Positions 26,486-32,000 of a DNA stretch of 32,000 bases are shown in pieces; the first letter of the stretch is position 1; every line of letters starts with the position of its first letter. A model generated the notes under the pieces. The model was not told the origin of the DNA. It was given only the letters and a program-made list of their open reading frames with translations, and made no database searches. Position numbers and translations under genes: made by a program. This stretch comes from Methylorubrum extorquens (GTDB lineage Bacteria > Pseudomonadota > Alphaproteobacteria > Rhizobiales > Beijerinckiaceae), in assembly GCA_900234795.1 (NCBI GenBank), contig LT962688.1, forward strand, positions 3,240,001 through 3,272,000, read 5' to 3'.

Positions 26486-27895
26486 TTACAGCGAGTAGTA
26501 CTGCACGAACTCGATCGGGTGCGGGGTCATCTCGTAGCGCAGCACCTCGGCCATCTTCAGCTCGATGAACGAGTCGATCTGGTCATCCGAGAACACGCCG
26601 CCGGCCTTGAGGAAGGCGCGGTCCTTGTCGAGGTTCTGCAGCGCCTCACGAAGCGAGCCGCAGACGGTCGGGATCTTCTTCAGCTCGCGCGGCGGCAGAT
26701 CGTAGAGATCCTTGTCCATCGCCGGGCCCGGATCGATCTTGTTGATGATGCCGTCGAGGCCGGCCATCAGCAGGGCTGAGAAGGCGAGATACGGGTTGGC
26801 CATCGGATCGGGGAAGCGGACCTCGACGCGCTTGGCCTTCGGGTTCGTCGTCCACGGGATACGGCAGGAGGCCGAGCGGTTGCGGGCTGAGTAGGCCAGC
26901 AGCACGGGGGCCTCGTAGCCCGGCACCAGACGCTTGTAGGAGTTGGTGGACGGGTTGGTGAAGGCGTTGAGCGCCTTGGCGTGCTTGATGATGCCGCCGA
27001 TGTACCACAGGCATTCCTGGCTGAGGTCGGCATACTTGTCGCCGGCAAACAGCGGCTTGCCGTCCTTCCAGATCGACTGGTGCACGTGCATGCCCGAGCC
27101 GTTGTCGCCGTAGACGGGCTTGGGCATGAAGGTGGCGGACTTGCCGTAGCTCTGCGCCACGTTGTGGATGCAGTACTTGTAGATCTGCATGTGGTCGGCG
27201 AGGAGGGTCAGCGTGTCGAACTTCATGCCGAGCTCGTGCTGGGCCGACGCCACCTCGTGGTGGTGCTTCTCGACCTTCACGCCCATCGACTGCATCGCGG
27301 CCAGCATCTCGCCGCGCATGTCCTGGGCCGAATCCTGCGGCGGGACGGGGAAGTAGCCGCCCTTGGTCTGCACCCGGTGGCCGAGATTGCCGCCCTCGTA
27401 ATCGGTGAAGCCGTTGGTCGGCAGCTCGGTCGAGTCGAGCTGGAAGCCGGTATGGTAGGGGTCGGCGCCGAACTTCACGTCGTCGAACACGAAGAACTCG
27501 GCCTCGGGGCCGACAAAGATCGTGTCGCCGATGCCGGTGGAGCGCAGATACGCCTCGGCGAGCTTGGCGGTCGAGCGCGGATCGCGGGCATAGGGCTCGC
27601 CGGTCGAGGGCTCGAGCACGTCGCAGACGATCGACATGGTGGAGGCCGAGAAGAACGGGTCCATGCAGGCCGTGACCGGATCGGGCATCAGCAGCATGTC
27701 GGATTCGTTGATCGCCTTCCAGCCGGCGATCGACGAGCCGTCGAACATGGTGCCGTCCTGGAACATCTCCTCGTCGATCAGGGAGACGTCGAAGGTCACA
27801 TGCTGCCACTTGCCGCGCGGGTCGGTGAAGCGGAAGTCGACGTACTTGACGTCATTGTCCTTGATGGCCTTCAGCACATCGGCGGCCGTATTCAT
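26486..27895 (-). CDS. glnA: Glutamine synthetase type I
   Basis: [32 protein letters not shown] is the N-terminus. The [15 protein letters not shown] and [17 protein letters not shown] motifs are present, as is the adenylylation-site region ([10 protein letters not shown]). The 469-aa length is typical. The ATG is at 27895. Confidence 0.96.
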   Translation of the reverse strand: MNTAADVLKAIKDNDVKYVDFRFTDPRGKWQHVTFDVSLIDEEMFQDGTMFDGSSIAGWKAINESDMLLMPDPVTACMDPFFSASTMSIVCDVLEPSTGEPYARDPRSTAKLAEAYLRSTGIGDTIFVGPEAEFFVFDDVKFGADPYHTGFQLDSTELPTNGFTDYEGGNLGHRVQTKGGYFPVPPQDSAQDMRGEMLAAMQSMGVKVEKHHHEVASAQHELGMKFDTLTLLADHMQIYKYCIHNVAQSYGKSATFMPKPVYGDNGSGMHVHQSIWKDGKPLFAGDKYADLSQECLWYIGGIIKHAKALNAFTNPSTNSYKRLVPGYEAPVLLAYSARNRSASCRIPWTTNPKAKRVEVRFPDPMANPYLAFSALLMAGLDGIINKIDPGPAMDKDLYDLPPRELKKIPTVCGSLREALQNLDKDRAFLKAGGVFSDDQIDSFIELKMAEVLRYEMTPHPIEFVQYYSL

Positions 27896-28099
27896 GCTGT
27901 GCGTCTCCTCGGCAAATTCTGGAAGCGGGGCGGCGAACCATCGGCCGGGTCCGGGCGCGGTCCGAGCCGGTCCGTTCCTGGGGCGCGATGGGCTGATCGG
28001 GAAAGCGGCATGTCTCGACGGGGCGGCTTCACGCCCGCGGCGTCGCTCCTGATCCGGGTCCGGCCCCCCCTCTCGCGTCCCCGGCCGGTCTCGCCGGCC

Positions 28100-28121
28100 G
28101 CGCGGACGATATCGTCCGCGC
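28100..28121. promoter_or_regulatory. 22-bp perfect palindrome in the divergent glnA-glnII intergenic region (candidate operator)
   Basis: gcgcggacgatatcgtccgcgc is exactly self-complementary, centred on gatatc. Confidence 0.4.
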
Positions 28122-28252
28122 TTCGCCGTTGCCACCCGTCGGCAGGCAAAAAATCCACGCAATCGCGGGACGTTCGGACTGTTTCGTCTGCAAGACCGGC
28201 CCTTGGGCGGTCATATTTGCCGCATAGGCCACCGCCTCGCGACCAAGGCGAC

Positions 28253-28268
28253 TGGCACGCGACATGCT
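28253..28268 (+). promoter_or_regulatory. Sigma54 (-24/-12) promoter candidate for glnII
   Basis: TGGCACgcgacATGCT compares well with the consensus TGGCAC-N5-TTGCW. The GG-to-GC spacing is correct. It lies about 205 nt upstream of the glnII ATG on the same strand. Confidence 0.6.
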
Positions 28269-28472
28269 TAGGCGGAAACCGGAGCGTCCACCCGCACAGT
28301 GGGCGCTCGGGGGTCGGGCTGGCGCCCTGCTCGCCGGTGGATCGGCGTCTCGGATGCGGCGGGGAAGTCACCCGCCGGACGCCGCGATCCAACGGCCGGG
28401 CAGGTTCTCAACGACGCCGGTTCCGCAAAGGTTTCGTCAGGACACGGATCCTCAAGGTACGAGAGACTGGGA

Positions 28473-29520
28473 ATGACCAAGTTTAAGCTCGAGTACATCT
28501 GGCTCGACGGCTACACGCCCACACCGAACCTGCGCGGCAAGACGCAGATCAAAGAGTACGACAGCTTCCCGACCTTCGAGCAGCTCCCGCTCTGGGGCTT
28601 CGACGGCAGCTCGACGCAGCAGGCCGAGGGCTCCTCCTCCGACTGCGTGCTGAAGCCCGTGCGCCACTTCCCCCGACCCGGCCCGCACCAACGGCGTGCT
28701 CGTGCTGTGCGAAGTGATGATGCCGGACGGCAAGACCCCGCACCCGTCGAACAAGCGCGCGACCGTGCTCGACGATGCCGGCGCGTGGTTCGGCTTCGAG
28801 CAGGAGTACTTCCTCTACAAGAACGGCCGCCCGCTCGGCTTCCCCGAGACCGGCTACCCCGCTCCGCAGGGTCCGTATTATTGCGGCGTCGGCGCCTCGA
28901 ATGTCGGCCCCGTGGCCCGCAAGATCGTCGAGGAGCATCTCGACCTCTGCCTCGCCGCCGGCATCAACCACGAAGGCATCAACGCCGAAGTGGCCAAGGG
29001 CCAGTGGGAATTCCAGATCTTCGGCAAGGGCTCCAAGAAGGCCGCCGACGAGATGTGGATGGCCCGCTACCTGCTCCAGCGCCTGTGCGAGACCTACGAG
29101 ATCGACATCGAGTACCATTGCAAGCCGCTCGGCGACACCGACTGGAACGGCTCGGGCATGCACTGCAACTTCTCGACGACGTTCATGCGCGAGACCGGCG
29201 GCAAGGAGTATTTCGAGGCGGTGATGGCCAGCTTCGAAAAGAACCTCGACGACCACATCGCCGTCTACGGCCCCGACAACCACATGCGCCTGACCGGCAA
29301 GCACGAGACGGCGCCGTGGAACAAGTTCTCCTACGGCGTGGCCGACCGCGGCGCCTCGGTGCGCGTGCCCCACTCCTTCGTCAACAACGGCTACAAGGGC
29401 TACCTTGAGGACCGCCGCCCGAACTCCATGGGCGACCCCTACCAGATCGCCTCGCAGGTTCTGAAGACGATCTCCGAGGTTCCGCTCCCGGGCGAAGCCG
29501 CGCAGAAGGCCGTCGCGTAA
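28473..29520 (+). pseudogene. glnII: Glutamine synthetase type II, interrupted by a +1 frame change in a C5 run (possible sequencing artefact)
   Basis: MTKFKLEYIWLDGYTPTPNLRGKTQI...DCVLKPVRHF is in frame 0. After ccccc (28670-28674) the product continues in frame 1 as (PDPARTNG)VLVLCEVMMPDGKTPHPSNKR...FGFEQEYFL...GINAEVAKGQWEFQI...GSGMHCNFS...DRRPNSMGDPY to the TAA at 29518-29520. Confidence 0.85.
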
Positions 29521-29554
29521 GACTTTCGAGGCCGACAATAGCGTCTGAAACAGG

Positions 29555-29589
29555 CCGCCTCCGTCGAAAGACGGGGGCGGTTTTTGTTT
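29555..29589 (+). terminator. Rho-independent terminator of glnII
   Basis: ccgcctccgtc-gaaa-gacgggggcgg forms an 11-bp stem with one G-U pair and a GNRA-type loop. It is followed by tttttgttt and lies 35 nt after the stop. Confidence 0.88.
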
Positions 29590-29610
29590 GGCTCATCCCG
29601 GCCTCGCCCT

Positions 29611-29718
29611 CATCCTGAGGTGCCGCAGCGAAGCGGAGGCCTCGAAGGATACTCCAGTAGCCGTGCGATCCCTGGAGGATTCTTCGAGGGCCGCTAACGC
29701 GGCCACCTCAGTGATCAG
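29611..29718. repeat. REP-like imperfect palindromic intergenic element
   Basis: The left arm is cctgaggtgccgcagcgaagcggaggcctcgaagga. The right arm is tcttcgagggccgctaacgcggccacctcag. The arm ends (cctgaggtg/cacctcag and cctcgaag/cttcgagg) are complementary. The element sits between the convergent glnII and glsA genes. The spurious ORF 29588-29857 runs through it. Confidence 0.5.
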
Positions 29719-29761
29719 GGCAAGGATGCGGCGATCAGTGCGCGAGGGCGACTGGCGCGCC

Positions 29762-30691
29762 TTACACCCCAAAAATCGACCAGCCCGTGCGTTTCACCAG
29801 CATCTCCAGGGCGATACGCCCGAGATGGGAGTTGCCGGCCGCATCCAGTCCCGGTGACCAGACGCAGATCGAGGCCTTGCCCGGCGCAACGGCCAAAATA
29901 CCGCCGCCGACGCCGCTCTTGCCCGGCAGGCCGACGCGGTAGGCGAAATCGCCCGAGCCATCGTAGTGGCCGCAGGTCAGCATGATCGCGTTGATGCGCC
30001 GCGCCCGCTCAGCCGAGATCACCGAATGCCCGGCCAGCGGATGATGCCCGGAATAGGCCAGGAACAGCCCGGCGGTGGCGAGCTGGCGGCAGGTCATCGC
30101 GATGGCGCAGTGATGGAAGTAGACGCCCAGCGTGTAATCGACCGGATTCTCGATCACATCGAAGGAGCGCATGTAGTTGGCGAGCGCCGCGTTGCGGAAG
30201 CCCGTGCGCTTCTCGGAGGCCGCCACGCGCTCGTCGATCGTGATGCTGTCGTCCTGCGCCACGAACTGCATGAAGCGCAGGATCTCGCCCAACGCCTCCC
30301 GCGGCTGATGGCCCGACAGGATCAGGTCGGTAACCGCGATGGCGCCGGCATTGATGAACGGATTGCGCGGGATGCCGTGCTCCCGCTCCAACTGCACGAT
30401 GGAGTTGAACGGGCTGCCCGAGGGCTCGCGGCCGACCCGGCGCCAGAGCCGGTCGCCGACCATGCCGAGGGCCAGCGTCAGGGTGAAGACCTTGGAGATG
30501 CTCTGGATCGAGAAGGGGGTGTCGGCATCCCCCCCGGCCGCGACCCGCCCGTCGCCGTCGATCACGACGAGGCCGAAGCCTTGAGCGTCGACGCGGGCCA
30601 GTTCGGGGATGTAGCTCGCCACCGCGCCGCGATCGGGGCGGGCCCGCATCTCCGCGGCGATGTCTTTGACGATACTGTCGAGATCGGGCAC
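29762..30691 (-). CDS. glsA: Glutaminase A
   Basis: [39 protein letters not shown] and GKSGVGGGI are glutaminase (serine beta-lactamase-like fold) signatures. The GTG start is at 30691. Confidence 0.9.
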   Translation of the reverse strand: MPDLDSIVKDIAAEMRARPDRGAVASYIPELARVDAQGFGLVVIDGDGRVAAGGDADTPFSIQSISKVFTLTLALGMVGDRLWRRVGREPSGSPFNSIVQLEREHGIPRNPFINAGAIAVTDLILSGHQPREALGEILRFMQFVAQDDSITIDERVAASEKRTGFRNAALANYMRSFDVIENPVDYTLGVYFHHCAIAMTCRQLATAGLFLAYSGHHPLAGHSVISAERARRINAIMLTCGHYDGSGDFAYRVGLPGKSGVGGGILAVAPGKASICVWSPGLDAAGNSHLGRIALEMLVKRTGWSIFGV

Positions 30692-30777
30692 GGCGTCGCT
30701 CGGCTACGGCGCTTCACGGCAAGCGCGGACGCGGCCGGCCCTTCACGAAGCGGGCCAGGATAGCGGGGCCGACTGGA

Positions 30778-31143
<366 letters not shown>

Positions 31144-31149
31144 TCAGTC

Positions 31150-31165
31150 AGCCATTTATGTACCA
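31150..31165 (-). promoter_or_regulatory. Sigma54-like -24/-12 candidate upstream of glnB
   Basis: The minus strand reads TGGTACataaaTGGCT, with correct GG-N10-GC spacing. It lies 34-49 nt upstream of the glnB ATG. It deviates from consensus at two positions (TGGTAC for TGGCAC, TGGC for TTGC). Confidence 0.4.
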
Positions 31166-31300
31166 TCGCCGCCGCGTGACCGCCACGGCGATTTGGATGA
31201 CGGGACCGGGAAGTTGCGCACGGAATATGCAAACAAAGCGGAATATGTAGGCAATTCCGCCAAAAACGATGAATTTAAAGGCATAGGTTGAGCCAGTTGC

Positions 31301-32000
31301 ATGCATGAGCCGGTGAAATCCCCCCAAGCCTCGCATCGGCTGCTCACCGTTGAGGCGATGCGCCGGGTTGATGCCGCCGCGATCGCCGGCGGCACGCCGG
31401 GCCTGACGCTGATGGAGGCGGCGGGCGCCGCCGTCGCCGCGCATGCCCGCGCCATGGCACCGGAGCGTGGCCGGGTGCTCGTGCTGTGCGGCCCCGGCAA
31501 CAATGGCGGCGACGGGTTCGTGGCCGCCCGCCTGCTGAATGAGTCCGGCTACCACGTCGATCTGCGTCTGCTCGGCGAGCGCGCCGCGCTCAAGGGCGAT
31601 GCCGCCCTCGCCGCCGAGGCCTGGACCGGCCCGGTGGGTACCGTGGAGGCCGCGATTCCGGCGGCCGACCTCATCATCGATGCCGTGTTCGGCGCCGGCC
31701 TCTGCCGCGATCTGGAAGGGGCAGCCCGTACCCTCGTGGAAGCGGTGAACCGCTCGGGCATCCCCGTGCTGGCCGTGGATGTGCCGAGCGGCATCGACGG
31801 CGATAGCGGCGCGGTGCGCGGGCTCGCGGTCGAGGCGACCGAGACGGTGACCTTCGTCGCGCCGAAGCCCGGCCACCTGCTCGAGCCCGGCCGGACCCAT
31901 TGCGGCGTACTGCATGTCGCCGATATCGGCACGGGCGAGGCCGCTTTCGCCGCCGGGGTCGCCGGAGAGACCCGCGCGCTGTATCGCAACGCGCCCGGCC
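31301..32000 (+). CDS. nnr: Bifunctional NAD(P)H-hydrate repair enzyme (epimerase / ADP-dependent dehydratase), 3'-partial
   Basis: This ORF is not in the track because it runs off the window end. ATG 31301 gives MHEPVKSPQASHRLLTVEAMRRVDAAAIAGGTPGLTLMEAAGAAVA...VLVLCGPGNNGGDGFVAARLL...IDAVFGAGL...VLAVDVPSGIDGDSG. This is the YjeF N-terminal domain signature. Confidence 0.85.
   Translation, partial: MHEPVKSPQASHRLLTVEAMRRVDAAAIAGGTPGLTLMEAAGAAVAAHARAMAPERGRVLVLCGPGNNGGDGFVAARLLNESGYHVDLRLLGERAALKGDAALAAEAWTGPVGTVEAAIPAADLIIDAVFGAGLCRDLEGAARTLVEAVNRSGIPVLAVDVPSGIDGDSGAVRGLAVEATETVTFVAPKPGHLLEPGRTHCGVLHVADIGTGEAAFAAGVAGETRALYRNAPG

Noticed and set aside
28119-28134. A minus-strand sigma54-like match, TGGCAAcggcgAAGCG, upstream of glnA.
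   Set aside because: Only the GG and GC dinucleotides and their spacing fit. The -12 box (AAGC) is poor, and the match overlaps the 22-bp palindrome. It is too weak to call a promoter without 5'-end data.
27896-28162. An 89-codon N-terminal extension of glnA in the ORF track. Similar extensions occur on glnII (28299-28472), rnr (25134-25226), rfbD, rfbB, mcmB and DUF2147.
   Set aside because: The canonical family N-termini (MNTAADVLK..., MTKFKLEYIWLDG..., MDILILGG..., MRILVTGG...) start at internal ATG or TTG codons, several with upstream purine-rich RBS-like sequences. The extensions are non-conserved and low-complexity.
15957-28674. Programmed ribosomal frameshifting as an explanation for the five split genes.
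   Set aside because: The genes are unrelated housekeeping families with no known recoding. There are no slippery heptamer plus stimulatory structure patterns. All events sit at plain homopolymers and go in the same direction, the signature of base-calling error.

Overview
This is a very GC-rich chromosomal segment (about 70% by eye, not computed). The gene content looks alphaproteobacterial, Rhizobiales-like and possibly Methylobacterium-like, but that is inference. Most of the window is ordinary housekeeping: the rfbCBDA dTDP-rhamnose operon, a methylmalonyl-CoA mutase small subunit, uppP, queG, RNase R, and a compact nitrogen locus (glnA, glnII, glsA, glnB). I saw no transposase, integrase, CRISPR array, rRNA or tRNA. 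The standout is a five-gene plus-strand operon at 1-7220. It encodes a GAF-HlyD adaptor, a PqqD-like/M50 metalloprotease/HlyD fusion, a C-terminally truncated SecA-like ATPase, a third HlyD-type adaptor and a small secreted protein. The visible part has no ABC transporter and no outer-membrane factor. I propose it as an uncharacterised SecA-paralog-driven peptide processing or export (or signalling) module. The second main observation is that five unrelated genes (GST, SDR, SIMPL, NUDIX, glnII) each carry a +1 frame change at a short homopolymer run. That points to systematic sequencing or assembly error rather than real pseudogenes. Other items are a soluble chemoreceptor with three PAS domains and a C-terminal PilZ domain, a low-GC SIMPL gene islet, sigma54-type promoter matches upstream of glnII and glnB, a 22-bp perfect palindrome between glnA and glnII, two clean intrinsic terminators, a long inverted repeat after the FMN reductase gene, and two REP-like intergenic palindromes.
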